The notes under the pieces were generated by a model. It saw nothing but the letters and a program-made list of their open reading frames with translations. It was not told the DNA's origin and ran no database searches. 64,000 nucleotides of DNA from the NCBI RefSeq assembly GCF_009914755.1, contig NC_060927.1. One strand, 5' to 3'. This DNA is from the human T2T-CHM13v2.0 reference genome, Homo sapiens. The position numbers and the translations under genes were made by a program. Each line of letters begins with the position of its first letter. Positions within the stretch are counted from its first letter, which is position 1. This document shows positions 1-13,955 of this stretch, piece by piece.

Positions 1-84
1 TTATCACCTATGATGTGATATATAATAAATATTCTATCAGTGTTAGTGGAAGGCAAGGCCTAAGGAGGTTGAAATGTATATAAT

Positions 85-438
85 CATTTTCTCAGCCATT
101 CTTGTTGCCAGAGTTTGGGCATGTGATTTGAGCTACATCTATCAGATGCACTGCCCTAGACTTTGAATTAAGAGTAAAAGGTTAAACCATTTGGGGACAA
201 TAAGTATCTCTTTCTCTTGTTCAGGCTAATTGCAGCAAGATGGACTCTGAGGTGGCATGTGCTTCATGCCAATTACTGATCTAGTGCTATTAGTGTCAGT
301 AGAACCACATCTAGATTACAGTGGAGATGGTCATGGTTTTCTCACCTGTTTTGAGCAGTGATTTGGGACATTGTTACTGACACTGAAAACTCAATTAGCG
401 GAAGTTAGTTTCTTTTATTTCAACTAAGGGCCCTTAGA
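85..438 (+). mobile_element. LTR33-like ERVL solo LTR fragment
   Basis: gggcatgtgatttgagct...atcagatgcactgccctagactttgaatt resembles the LTR33 body; tttcaactaagggcccttag resembles its 3' end. Heavily diverged. Confidence 0.55.
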
Positions 439-804
439 GTCAACTCAAATTGGTACCAAAACCCTTTCAGATTTTCAGAAAATCTTCATTAGTTACCTGG
501 ATTAAAGGCAAGAGAAATAAAAAGTACTATACAGGAATGAGATTCTATTAGCTTGTAGTAAGCTATAGACAGATTAAACCAAACATTTTCCAGAAGTGTG
601 TAACAAAGGGGGCAGGCTTAAGTGAACCATAGGTTTAATCAAGATAATGATGGCCACAGACTCTAATAAGGGTAAAAAGAGAATAAAGAGGTGGTAGGTT
701 TAGTGGATTGTAACTTCAGATTAGTTTGAAGTCCATTGGACTAAGTGTTTTAGAAAAAGTTGTTTGAAAAGAGTGGGTTTTATTTAAAGAATTGATTATT
801 TTAA

Positions 805-992
<188 letters not shown>

Positions 993-1129
993 AGAATTGA
1001 CTATTTTAATTTCAGATGTTGGTATGTGTACAGTTCTCCTCTGCTGATACTTGCTCTATTCATACCACACATTTTAATTTTACATAGGCTGTAAGTCTAT
1101 TAATTATTGTCTTTTTTTAAGCACAATTA

Positions 1130-1680
1130 TCTTTTAAATATATTTAAATAATGTGATAAAAGATTATTATACTTACGCACTTACCATTTCTGCTATTTCT
1201 TGCATTTTTGTGGGGATTCACAGTGACATCTGGCATCATTTTTCTTGCTGAAGGACTAATTTTGACATTTCTTTCTCTTAGTCAGGCTAAGGAGTTGGCT
1301 GAGATGATGTGGTCTGACAAGCAAAATTGACTTTCTTGTAGTACAGATCTGCTGTATTGCTTCAGCTTTCCTACTTCTGACTTTGTAAGATTTGTTTCAG
1401 CTTTTGCATGACTGAGAATGTCTTGATTTGGTCTTTGTATTTGAAAAATATTCCTTTTTTCTTTTATTACTTTAAATAAATTGCTTCACAATTTTCTCAC
1501 TTGAATTGTTTCAAGTGAGAAATCTGCTGTCCAGTTTAATCTGTACATGATGTGTCTTTTTCCTCTGGCTATTTTTAAGACGTTATCACTGGTTTTAAGC
1601 CGTTTAACTAAGGTGTTGTGTTGTGTTTCCATGCTTGACTTTGAACTTCTTGGATCTGTGGGTTCATTTATTTTCCATTT
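1130..1680 (-). mobile_element. Ancient L1M (L1MC/ME-type) ORF1-region fragment
   Basis: Antisense old-L1 motifs tcttgtagtacagatctgctg, gagaaatctgctgtc, tttttcctctggctatttttaaga, gaacttcttggatctgtgggttc. Confidence 0.65.
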
Positions 1681-1826
1681 TTTTACAACATCAAAAAATT
1701 GTTTTTATTAGTTATTAACATAAGAAAATAAATTAACATTCAGCTATTCATTTTAAAACTTTAATTTAAAGATATAACTTTTTTCTGTGTTTCCAAAGCA
1801 ATAGTTTTTGAATATTTGTGTATGTG

Positions 1827-1828
<2 letters not shown>

Positions 1829-1860
<32 letters not shown>
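1829..1860. repeat. (TG)n microsatellite
   Basis: About 16 perfect GT units. Confidence 0.98.
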
Positions 1861-1863
<3 letters not shown>

Positions 1864-2553
1864 TTAGTGAGTCTTGACTGCTGGATCATCTCAGTATCTC
1901 TCATTCACCAGGTAAATGATTTCAGTATCTCAGTATCATTCATAGGCTATAACTAACTTCTTTATCTGGAAGTTATTTACTTAAACTGGCTCTGCTATAA
2001 TATAAAACACTTATTTAGTTGCATATTTAGCTCTGGCTATATGGAAAGTACTTTGTTTTTGGAGAACTAGAGGTTCTCCTTAGTTAGCATAAATGTGTAA
2101 AGCAATATTGTGTCCACAGTATATTGCTCCTGTGGCTTTTCCTAATTTTTTGGTCTTCCTACTATCTTAAAATGCAGTAATAGCATGTGCATTGTCTAAC
2201 ACTATTTGTACAATATTGGGAAATGTAATCTTAAAATAGATAGAGAAGTCCTAATAGAAATACTGTGAATATGCCCTAAGAAGTCACATAGATTTAGTAA
2301 GAGACAGTTTTCTTCTTCAATCAATTAAGATTCTATTCCCCTAAAGTAAATCTATAGATTCAATTTAAAAAGGGTATAGTATTCTTCTCTATAGTTCTCA
2401 CCCTCCACTAATATTTCTCAGGATCTCTTCCTGCTGTAGGTAATGAACATTTATTCTAGAGCCTGTCATAACATTAATCAACATACCTACCTTCTAGTGC
2501 TATTAAAAATTTGCATCTTTTTACTTGCATTTTTTTAATGTGAAGTCAGGTGC

Positions 2554-2946
2554 TGTGATGGTTAAATTGTGTGTCTAACCTGACTTAACAATGGGTGTCC
2601 AGATACTTAGTCAAGCGTTATTCTGGGTGTTTCTGCGAGGGTGTTTTTTGATGAGTTAAGATTTAAACTGACAGACTGAATAAAACAGATTACCCTCCAT
2701 AACATGAGTGGGCCACATTCAATCAGTTGAAGGTTTGAATAGAACAAAAAGCCTGGCCCTTCATTATAGGAGAAAAATTCCTCCTGCCTGAATGCTTTTG
2801 TGCTGGAACGTTAGTTTTTCCTTGCCTCTGGACTTGAAATGAGACATTCACTCTTCATGCATCTCACTCCTGCCAACAGCAGATCTTGGGATTTGTCTGC
2901 CTCCAAAATCATGTAAACCAATTCCCCATAAGTCTCTTTGTGTGTG

Positions 2947-2985
<39 letters not shown>

Positions 2986-3023
2986 CCTGTTGCTTATCTT
3001 GTTTTCTGGAGAACTCTAATACA
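2554..3023 (+). mobile_element. MLT2 (MLT2B-like) ERVL solo LTR with internal (CA)n
   Basis: Starts tgtgatggttaa; contains ttattctgggtgtttctg and caatcagttgaagg..gaatagaacaaaaag; ends tctggagaactctaataca; (CA)n at about 2949-2984. Confidence 0.9.
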
Positions 3024-4244
3024 AGCATGGGCTTAAGCAAAAATCTTACAGAATGAAATTTTGATTTTTCAGCAACATTCAACAACTTAGATAAATGGCA
3101 AATTTCCTAACTTCATTTGAAGAACTGGCAGCAAAACCTATTAATGTTACCTTGAAAAGATAAAAAAAGTAAAACAATCTAGTAATGAGAGAATAATTCT
3201 TAAGAAAAAATATGTAGCACGAGCAGCAAGAAATATGCTAGTTCTGTCCATTGAACATTCAAATATGGTGACATTGGCAGCTTTGATAAAATATAAAATG
3301 ACTAGGGAACTTAGTTCCACCCCAAAAGACAGGCAAGAGAAATACCTGCTGTTTCTCTTGGCACAGTTAATAGTAAAAAGTATCTGCCAATAAAAGCTTG
3401 GAAGTATCTCTAAGCATCAGAATTCTACCAAAATTTATTTTCATATAATTTTGATTTTGTTTAAACAAAGTAGGAGGAAATATTAAAAGACATTGTTTTA
3501 CAATGATAAAGGGTTATCGAAGAACGAATTCCTTTTTTTTTGAGGAGTTTTAGTATGAGTTGTCTCAAGTGCATCAGTATTCCCAGACTAAATAATAACT
3601 ATTTGATGTGCATGCACATTATGGAGCAGTGATAAATGTGCGCTACTCTCTTCTTTCCGAAAACAGCAGCATTCCCTCCATTCTGATGCTTACACTTACT
3701 CTCAAAGCCAACATGTGTATTATTCATTGTAAAGATATGGTTATATTCTAACGGCAATCACATTTTTTAAACTACACGTCATATCATTGTTCATGGATAG
3801 TGGTGGTCATGTTTGAATTGTTAAAATTTTAATGGTTTTATTCTATTTATCTGCATAGATCCTACCTTACTGACCAATTTACACTGAGTTGTTTAGTCTA
3901 TTCTGCTTTCTTTTTTGAGGGAAAAATAATGCATTACTATACAAAAAAAAATAACATGATCCAAGTGGCCTACCTTTCTAGAACATTTGTGAAAAAATAT
4001 TAATTAATATTCATTTATTAAATCAAATCAGTGGAGATGTTTTTCTATTAAGAATTTATTCTTAGTCTTTGTGGAATAAAAAAATGCTCTTTTAATGTCT
4101 TTTCTTGTATACACCTGGAATGTTTTATCTGCTTCTGAGCTCCCACTGGGAACATCACATGTGTCTCCTTGTCTCTCTCTCTCTCTTTTCTTTTAATTCC
4201 AGATAAAACTTCTCTGCTTTCATGAAGGTCTCTTAAGTAAAAAT

Positions 4245-4410
4245 GATAATAGTTCTAATCTCTTGAGGACCTACTAATAGAATGAAACAATACTGTATCA
4301 TATTGTCATTAATCCTATAAACAATTCTTCCATCTTGTCATTATTATTCTCATATTCAAATGAGAAAATTAAGAAATAAAGCTGTTAAATATCTTATCAA
4401 AATTCATAAA
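4245..4410 (-). mobile_element. MIR SINE fragment
   Basis: attattctcatattcaaatgagaaaattaag resembles the antisense MIR core (cccattttacagatgaggaaactgag). Confidence 0.5.
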
Positions 4411-4489
4411 ACATGATTTATATTTATTTGTATTTTGGTGTTAATCCTTTCTAGCTCCTAGTACATTTTTTGACTACATGTTCTCTTTC

Positions 4490-4615
4490 ATTTAGTAAGC
4501 TGTGAGCTTCCTTAACATGTAAAATATGTCTTATTCATATTTCTATCACTATCATGCCTTCTTTATGACCTGAAATTCAGTATGTGGTTACACACGCATT
4601 GAATAAAAGTGAAAT
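4490..4615 (+). mobile_element. L2 3' end fragment
   Basis: ctgtgagcttcctt...tgtcttattcatatttctatc...ttgaataaaagtgaa. Confidence 0.55.
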
Positions 4616-5954
4616 AACATAAAATATATTTATGAGTCTGATTTTCTCTTTTTTAAAGTCTGAGTGACTTTGTCACAGCAAATACTTGTTAAAATATTTC
4701 ATACACATTAAATTAACATAAATTATGTGTATTATTCCTATTTAATAATGTGTGAATTTTAGTTTTTGAATTTAAGAATTAACTGGTAAGACAAAAACAA
4801 TCATTGTTAGATAAGACTGACAAAAAAAAAAACAAGACAATTAAGGTCCCATTCTTCCAAGTGGAAGGCAGTTGAAACTGGGCTCTTTAAAAAAATTTGA
4901 GCAAGGCTTACAGAGAAACTGTGTGATTATGATATTACAAGGTCCTCAAAAACTGTTTGGAGAAGAAATAATATTAAGAGTCTTTTTTTTCTTTAACAGT
5001 ACTGAGTTGGGAGATACATATTTCTTATGTCCTACTGAAAAATAAAACACACCTCAGGGAAAAAATTCAGATTAACACTCTCTTACTCTTTCTGATAGTC
5101 TGGGTCCATCTTTCCTAAAATTCTAGGGCTGATGTTCAGTTTTCTCTAAATATAACTGCAATGCCCTAAAGCCACTGCAAATGGAGTTTTCCAGTTTTAT
5201 AATAATAGTGTAAGAAAGTATGATAAGAGTATAGAAACAGTGTCCCTATATTTATTTCTAAACAAATTAAATGAACAAATCATAACTGGACTTTTTATTT
5301 TCTATATATTATATTTTGCTTTTTAAAGTAGAAACTTTACTTTTCAACTGCTTTTCTGTTAGCTTTGATGTTCTCTGATACTCTCATTTTGCTATGGACA
5401 AATAGGAATTATAAAGGATGTTCAGTCACTGATTTCAAGTAATAGCCAATTTTTTGGAAGAAAAGGGACATATATTTAAAAAATTTTCTACACATATAAA
5501 ATAAAAACACACCTCAGGGGAAAAATATATATACATATATATTCTCCAGAAACCTTATATAATTTACAGTGATGCAAATTGGCATATATTGTAATGATTA
5601 TGAGTGATATATGATTAATATCTATAAAGCTCAAAAATTCAGGAGTATTCAGGGGTCTTTTTTATTTTGTAAGTTGTCAGGGTTTACCAAGTATTAAGAA
5701 ATGTGTCTAATTTTGAGCAGTTTTGCTTCCTGCAGTAAAATGTGTGTGTGTATGTGTGTGTCTCCTATCATAGCACGGATGATTTTTATGTGACTCTATT
5801 GGAATCCTATAATTGTTGAAATGAAGAAAACACATGCTTTATGGCCTGGCTGCTTTTGTATAGTAAAACTTAACCATTGAATCAATCTTAATTTATGAAA
5901 TTATACTTGGAATTTTGTCTCAAGTAAGCTAGAGATCCACAAGTCTTGTGTGTA

Positions 5955-6110
5955 TGATAAGCAACCTGGCAAATGCAAATGCCTGGAATCTATGCTCAGA
6001 GTTCTGACATTTTGGCCATGTATTTGGCCTAGACATCTGCATTTTAGTTTTCTGTCCATGCAAGAAATCCTGACGTAGGTGGCTAGTAGAGAACTTCCTG
6101 AGCAGCACTA
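5955..6110. mobile_element. MER5-like hAT DNA transposon relic
   Basis: aaatgcaaatgcctgg...ggcctagacatctgcatttta. Confidence 0.4.
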
Positions 6111-6414
6111 CCCTATGCCGTCAGATGAGAGCAGGGTTCTGGCTATCTTACCTACTGCCATATCTACAGCAACTTGCACAGTTTTTTTTTTTTTTTTTTA
6201 ATGGAAAGAATGAGATTGTCTTAAGAGAAGCTTAGTTCATTAAGTAGGTGTTTATTTAGTAATTTAAAAATGCCCTTTATTTATGGAATTTGAATATTTA
6301 TACTGGGATTATGGATTCAATTTTGGGAATGCGGCAATAAAACAAGATTTCTACCTATCAGGAAATATATGAGAAATTGTTAATACAATTTGAACATTAA
6401 AATAGGCATGGGCA

Positions 6415-6762
6415 TGAAACAGAAGGAAATCATGTCCTTTGCAGCAACATGTCTGCAGCTGGAGGCCACTATCCTAAGCAAATTAATGTAGAAACAAAAA
6501 TCCAAAAATCACATATTCTGACTTATAGATGGGAACTAAACATTAGGTACTCATGGACATAAAAGTGGCAACGATAGATACTGGGGGATATGGAGGTGAG
6601 AGAGAGGGAGGGGGAAGGGTTGAAAAACTAATGTTGGGCACTATGCTTAATACCTGGGTGACGTGATCATTTGGGCAGGCTTTAGCATCACACAATATAT
6701 CCATGTTACAAACCTGAACATGTACCCCTTGAATCTAAAATAAAAGTTGAAATTATTTAAAA
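6415..6762 (+). mobile_element. L1PB-type 3' end
   Basis: gaaatcatgtcctttgcagcaacatg, agggttgaaaaacta, catgtaccccttgaatctaaaataaaagttgaaa. Confidence 0.9.
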
Positions 6763-7119
6763 CATGTAAAACATTTTTTAAAGTGATTGAACTATATTCA
6801 GAACTCGACAGATTTGAAGAGATAAAACCTATACTAAATTTCACAATATCATTGGGGCCCCTGGATTGATATATAACAAATAATTTAATAGTGTATAAAT
6901 CCCTACTGTTCCAATTTATCCCATCCTTATCCCATCCTTATAAGGAATAATGTATTGAATAAAGATTGTATCAGTATTTGTAATTCAATAAACCAGAACT
7001 TGTGGAAATAAATATGTAGGAGACATAAATATGGTGTCCTCAAATTGAATTATGTGGGAAAAAAGTGGGGTGGAGTTAAAGTCCAAGCCAATAAAGTTTG
7101 TAACATTAAAGAAAGACAG

Positions 7120-7550
7120 GTATGGGATGCAAGGTGCAAAGAAAAGGTCATCATATCTCATACTGGGGTGAGATAGAAGACTTCCTGAAGTAGGCGATGC
7201 CTATATTGAATCTATAAGGACAAACTGGCATCAATATGTCAGGGAAGACAGGTTGAAGGTGGTCCTGCCAGAGAAAGGAGCAAGGATAAAGGCAAGGAAG
7301 CATGTAACGTCATTGTTTGTGGAGAAACCTCAAATCGGCTGAGGAAAAACGACTCAGGTATGTAGTAGGGCACAGTATGAGGAGGAATATGGCAGGAGAT
7401 ACAACTAAACAGAGACGCAGAGACTAGATCAATGTGAGGAAGGACAAGTTACAATTCTAACTTGATGTTTACTCTGTATATGATAGGGTCACACAAACTG
7501 TGGAAAATCTATTGTGTTCACATCAAAATTATAGCTCTGGCAAAGGAGGA
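7120..7550 (-). mobile_element. L2 fragment
   Basis: Purine-rich antisense L2 pattern (agaagacttcctgaagtagg, caaggataaaggcaaggaag). Confidence 0.5.
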
Positions 7551-9847
7551 GATACATAGATACATACAGAAGCTGACCGGATGAACACTCATTTTCTTTA
7601 CTTGGGTCACCTCCCAAGGGAAGAAAAGAGGCGGTTTACCAGGTCTAATAACTGTGTCATCTGGACTCTAGGTTGAAAGACAAGTGATATTTGCTAGGAA
7701 GAAGAAACTTTATCTTTGAAGTGCCTTTAGCAGAATGTCCTTGGTTAAGGATTGCCTATAGTAAAGAGTATCTATGGATTTATGAACCATGGCTCCCTGG
7801 AGTAGTTAGTGCAAGCTGTACAACACCTTGTTGTACAAAACAGAAATGTTTGAAAACTCACATACTCTTTCTGCTGTTAGCTCTCTTGGAGACCTCATCT
7901 ATTACTCTGTAGAGAAGGACACATTTCTGTTGTGGGAAAACAGGACATAGGGAGCTGCTCTTGATGTTCCAGGCCCCTCTCTGCTTCATCTGAGCCTATT
8001 GACTGATGATGGCACCCTTCAAATTATTAGTAAAGCTTGATATTAAGCAAGATATTTGATTTGTATTAGTCTGATTTGACAGTTCAATTATTAACGTCGT
8101 CCCATGTACTGGGTAGCCAATTTAGTATAGAATAATGCAATTATTGTTTTAAGCAGGAAAAGTGCAGAAATATACTTAGAAAAATAAATGTTTATTTGTG
8201 CTATACTGAAATTTTCCTGGTCCTCAAAAAAGGAAGAGGGGATAAGGGTAATATTTACTTTTTATCATCATAAAAATGGGAAAAACTAAGAATATTTGGT
8301 GGATGAGACAAAGAAGCAAAGACAAAACCATTTATGATCTGTTTCTGATTACTGATGATACATTTCCTTCCATAATTAAGTGAAAACTAGAAATGTCATA
8401 TTTAAAGAGAAGTAAATATTAAATAGGAATTATAGCTGAGTTCATCTGAGAAGCAGTCCTGAGGAAAAACTCAAAGGTTGAAATGAAGGGTGGGGTAACA
8501 AAGAATGAAATTGCTTTTACAGTGGAAAATCACTTTCTTGGCGTTAATAAATAAAACTTAGAATACTGAGTTAATTCCTGCATACTTGTATCTCTTACAA
8601 AACTGGTTAGCTATTACAAATAAGCTACATAAGTTATTCATCCATATCCCTTCACATATTCTATATATTGGACTGCTTTATAGAGAGAATTACAAAATTG
8701 GGATAAAATTAGGCTCATTCTATTGGTATAGTGACTTTTTGCAAGCCAGCTTTTCTGCTTGGCAGTTATGGCTGCTTGCTTCATTGATTGCCCTCGCTGA
8801 CACTTGCTGCTTCCAAAGGGGACAGGATATGTCCAAATGGGGGTAAACAGAAAGTACCTTGTTTGGTACTATGTTTAAAATGCAATTAAGTAAAAAGAAG
8901 AAATAATGCTACTAATGCTTTTGCCCCGGGATCTTATAACACCACAGAAAATATAGCTTAATGCAGGAAAAGCCTCTTCAGAGGCTAAGTCATGAAGTCA
9001 TTTTGGCAGGAAGAAAAAAAAAGGAAAAAATAAATAAAGCAAAGAAGAACTCATAGATTGATATTGTGTAAATCCGGAGAGTTAACATCAAGATCTTAAA
9101 AATCAATTCTCTGCTTTATTGAGACCTAGTGGAATTATCTAAATACAGAGGAGGTAATGTGATGGAAAGTCCCCGTTCCTGGCAAGATGAGAGGCATTCA
9201 AGTCTGCTGTAACTACAAGTAAATCACAGGAAAAGAAAAACTGAATCAGTAAATAAAATGAAAGAAAAAAGCAGAGCAAAAAGGAAAGATTCCAAACATT
9301 TTGGACTTTTTCTACAGACACATGATAGCAATAGTATAACATAAAGCTTAAATATACGGTGCAATTAAATAAAATCAAAGGCAAGACCTGTTAAAGTTAA
9401 CCACCAATACTTTGTGCTGGAAAAGGCAGGTAAATGGAGCTCCAGTTGTACAAATATATCAATGCCTACAAAATATATCAAATGTTACACTTATTTGTAC
9501 ATGGAGACATCTATTTACGAAAAAAATGAATCAAGCATCAGATGTTGTGTGCAGCCTGGAAAACAATTAAGTTTCAAAATTCTTCTCATTTAATCTATTT
9601 GTCGGAGAGATTTACTGCTCTAAAAAGACATGTTTTTCTTTCTTTTTTTTTTTTGGCAGTATCAACCAATCAACCTGAATCTTAGACAAATTGAAAGTTT
9701 TTATCTAATCGGTTTATATACATATATGAATAGACACATATTTTAAAATAATAAATAAATGTGCTGAGGTACTATTTTTAGAAAGTAAGTTATTGAATAT
9801 GTTTTTGTTTTCTAAGCATTCAGGTTTTGCACCTTTAAATAACATGA

Positions 9848-10016
9848 CTCTTTTTTCCTCCCTATCACTTTTTCCTTTCTTTCTTTCCTCCTTTGTTTCC
9901 CCTTCCTTCCTTTCTCCCTTCCTTCTTCCTTTCCTCCCTTCCCTTCTTTCCTTCTTTCCTCCCTTCCCTTCTTTCCTTCTTTCCTCCCTTCCTCCCTTGC
10001 TTTTTCTTTTTTTTCT
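9848..10016. repeat. Polypyrimidine (CTTT/CCTT)n low-complexity tract
   Basis: About 170 bp of almost pure C/T on the + strand. Confidence 0.95.
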
Positions 10017-10490
10017 TAAAACAGTATTACCACTAGACATTATTATTCAAAAACACCAATATTTAGTCTAATAATCTTTACTGCCAAGGAAATAAGATTC
10101 AAGAATATAAAATAAGTTCTTAAATTTTAACACAAGAAGTGACAAAGTCAAGTGTAAATAATTATATTACAGTAACTGAAATATTTATTTATTTAGTTTG
10201 GGGGTAAGAAATTCATTTTTATCATGCTTTTTCAAAACTACATCTATAGAGAAAAAAAACTATTGCTTCAAAGTCACACCTCATTTCAACCCAAATATAA
10301 TATTCCTCATGGCTTTACCCTGCTAATTATACCTCCCAAACCCTCTTATGTGTTTAAATGCAAAGTATTTATTAATGATCTATAGAGGCTATTTGTCTAT
10401 TTGTTGTGGTATATTTTCATAACAAATAGTTTAAGATACAGTTTTCTGCAGCTTTATCAGTGGCCTTTTCTGGACCATACTGTCTCTCTC

Positions 10491-10493
<3 letters not shown>

Positions 10494-10524
<31 letters not shown>

Positions 10525-10634
10525 CACACATATGTGCACCCTCCTTTGTGTGTGTGTGTGCGCATGTATATAGGCACAAAGGCATATATATGGAGGAATA
10601 TATATGTATATATATGTGTGTATATATACATACA
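10494..10634. repeat. Compound (TG)n/(TA)n microsatellite
   Basis: Two GT runs followed by TA/TATG runs. Confidence 0.95.
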
Positions 10635-10694
10635 TTCTATACCTTTTAACTTCATTTTCTTTGTAAATGCAGAGTTAAATAATTTCATTGTTTT

Positions 10695-10995
10695 TGTTTG
10701 TTTGTTTGTTTTGAGGTGGGGTTTTGCTCTTGTAGCCCAGGCTGAAGGGCCGTGGCACTATCTCGGCTCAATGCAAACTCTGCCTCCTGGATTCAAGTGA
10801 TTCTCCTGCTTCAGCCTCCCAAGTAGCTGGGATTACAGGTGCCTGCCACTATGCCCAGCTAACTTTTGTATTTTTAGTGGAGCTGGGGTTTCACCATGTT
10901 GGCCAGGCTGGTCTCAAATTCCTGACATCAGGTGATCCATCTGCGTTGGCCTCCCGAAGTGCTTGCATTAAAGGCATGAGGCACTGCACCTGGCC
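10695..10995 (-). mobile_element. AluS (Sq/Sx-like), full length
   Basis: Dimeric antisense Alu with (TTTG)n tail; TSD cattgtttt at 10686 and 10996. Confidence 0.97.
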
Positions 10996-12191
10996 CATTG
11001 TTTTGATTTTATTGGTATGAATGCAAACTTCAATTTTTCAAAACCATTTCAATCTTCTAAAAACTTTCACTGAAAGGTTAAATTTCAGTCCTTCATATCT
11101 TAATTCACCAAGTGCAATCAATATTCTTGTTCTGAAGTAATAGAGACGGTATCTGAAATGAGAAAAATTAAGAAAACAAGCTGCCTCATTATGAGGAACT
11201 TGGAATTCTAGAGGTGAGTGGATAAAATAAATAGTCATGTTTTGAATTGCATATAACCCCCCCCCACACACACACACCATTGGTTTGAGATTTAGATGTT
11301 GGTTTTCTATAATTAAAATACAGAAAGTCTAGTCTTATTGTTGGATGAATAAAATACTCTCCCTGATTCCTGATTATCCTGCACAATTAGAGCTACTGCT
11401 TATGGAGAGACATTTGACAAAATGGGTAGACGAGAGTAGGTAGAGAATGTTTAGTCCTATTTTTTCAATAGTAGTCTCTGGTATTATCTTTAAATAGTAC
11501 TCTCTGGTATTAATATGCATTGTTAATAGAATTAATACTATTATGCAACACCATAAAATGTATACAGATATTATTTTATAGCCCCATCATGTTTAGATGT
11601 TTATTTGCCACAACTATTTTGTTGCACCCTTGTTATCATAATTTTCATTACATAGTAAATTACTTAAAATTAGTTTATCTTTTAAAAACTAACTGGACCA
11701 CATAATTTAAAGGACACAGAACATTCTATTATGATTTCTAAGTTAAAATAAAGATTTGAAAAAAAACTCAGATGTGATCTTGAAGTAAGGACAAATACAT
11801 TGACTGGGACATTCTATGTAAATATTATGCAATTGATTTATGGCATGAGGTTGAGGGTGTGGAAGCAAACTTTAAATAGATGCAATCAAATAAAAGGACA
11901 ACACTCAATTAATTCCTGCCTTCTACATTTTGCCACACAGTGCTTCAATTCCTTCACTAATATCTGCAGCTGGTTTGTTTCGGATCATAATGACCATCAT
12001 GACTGTTGATTGTTTTTGGTGAAAAATTACTTTCTATTGATTTGTTTAAATATGACCTTTTATCTTTCTAACCAATATGAAAAACTAATCTTTATATTTT
12101 TGTAATTTGCAGTAGCCCTAAACAGAATCAAAGGACAAATATACTGCTCAGCTTATTTCAGATCTAATAACAATAACAAGAAGATTTTTAA

Positions 12192-12524
<333 letters not shown>

Positions 12525-13478
12525 TGTTTCATTTTATAGGGTAGTTAGCAAACCAAACTCTTGATACTCTCAAGATTCAAATAAGGTAAAGAGAATAGTC
12601 TGTAGCTTGAGGTTGGTTACCTTTTTTGCATGCTGCAGAGTGTGAGCCACCAGTCAAGATCAGGATCTTTTAAAATAGGAATTTGGAAATTCTAAAAATT
12701 ATGAGAAAATCATGCACTTTTATATGGCCTACAATGTAATCAGCTTCTTCATGGCAATGATAATTTAGAAATATCTTAAATATTTGTTTGTGGTAAAAAT
12801 ATAATTAATTCAAGAAAAAAATGCAGCTCTCTTAGCTATTCAGTTGTAAAAGGACCTAGAGTATAAAAAGAGACAGAATTAGTAATCACTAAGATTCATT
12901 TTTCTAGACTGAACTTAGCTATGCATGTATTTACCTGTTATACTCTGAAATCATTTGCTTATAATGAACACTTAAACTCATGCACTAAGACAAATGAAGA
13001 GTGTTTTGACAAACCTACAAAAATCTGAAATAAAATATTTTAAATGAATTTAAACATAGGAAGAAAGCTTATTGTATCTTAAAACTCCTACAGTATGCTT
13101 ATTGCATATTTATAAAATGAGATTTATTTTTAGGGGGTGGAAATTTAAATAAATTAAGAGAGGGAAAGAAATAAAGCAACAAATTTTCAACGTATAAAAC
13201 TCTATTTTTAGTAAATGCCATTGTTAAATGCAATTTTTGGAGATTTTTTTTTCTCCTACAAATGTTAAGGCCAAGTATGGTAAAAAGTGTAATATTATAA
13301 TTATAATGCTGTAAAATATTTTAACATATGCATTATAATATAAGTATTCTTTAAAGTACTCTATGTGTTAGGCATCTTTGTTTTTATTTTTCTGGTGTTT
13401 CTTCTACAGATAATTTTTTTCCAAGTATCCCAAGCATAGTTTCGATGAGGCTCCTTTTTTTTTTTTTCTTAAAATAAC

Positions 13479-13757
13479 TGTTCCCTTAGTTTATCCATTC
13501 GGGCTGCTATAATAAAATCCCACAGAATGGGTGAATTATAAACTATAGAAATTTATTTCTCACAGATCTGAGAGCTGAGAAGTCCAAGATGAAGTCTCTG
13601 GCAGATTTGATGTCTGGTAAAGACTTTCTTTCTCATAGATGGCACCTTCTTGCTCCTAATCACCACCCCAGATGCCCTGCTTCTTATACTATAACGTTGA
13701 GGGTTAGAATTTCAACATCTGAATATTTTGTGGGGTACAAACATTCAGACCATAGCA
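13479..13757 (-). mobile_element. MLT1A/MLT1A0 MaLR solo LTR, internally deleted
   Basis: ccattcgggctgctataa...gagaagtccaagat...aaacattcagaccatagca. Confidence 0.85.
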
Positions 13758-13955
13758 CCTGTCTATACACTCTCTGGGCTCCACCTCTGTCCTACCTTGA
13801 GTCATTAAGTGATTTGCAGTGTTGCTAAAGTTTTTAATTTAATTAATTTAATTCAAGATAGTGTGAGTAATTATAATTAAAAACAAAAATTTTCCAATCT
13901 GGAAAACTCCACAGTAATAGTGGAGAAAGATAGCATCTTTACCATTGGATAAGTA

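Noticed and set aside
9714-10071. Lys/Arg/Glu-rich and Phe/Leu/Pro-rich ORFs on opposite strands
   Set aside because: Translations of the CTTT/CCTT low-complexity tract.
10401-10800. Four overlapping ORFs with CVCV/HTHT runs
   Set aside because: Microsatellite and Alu artefacts.
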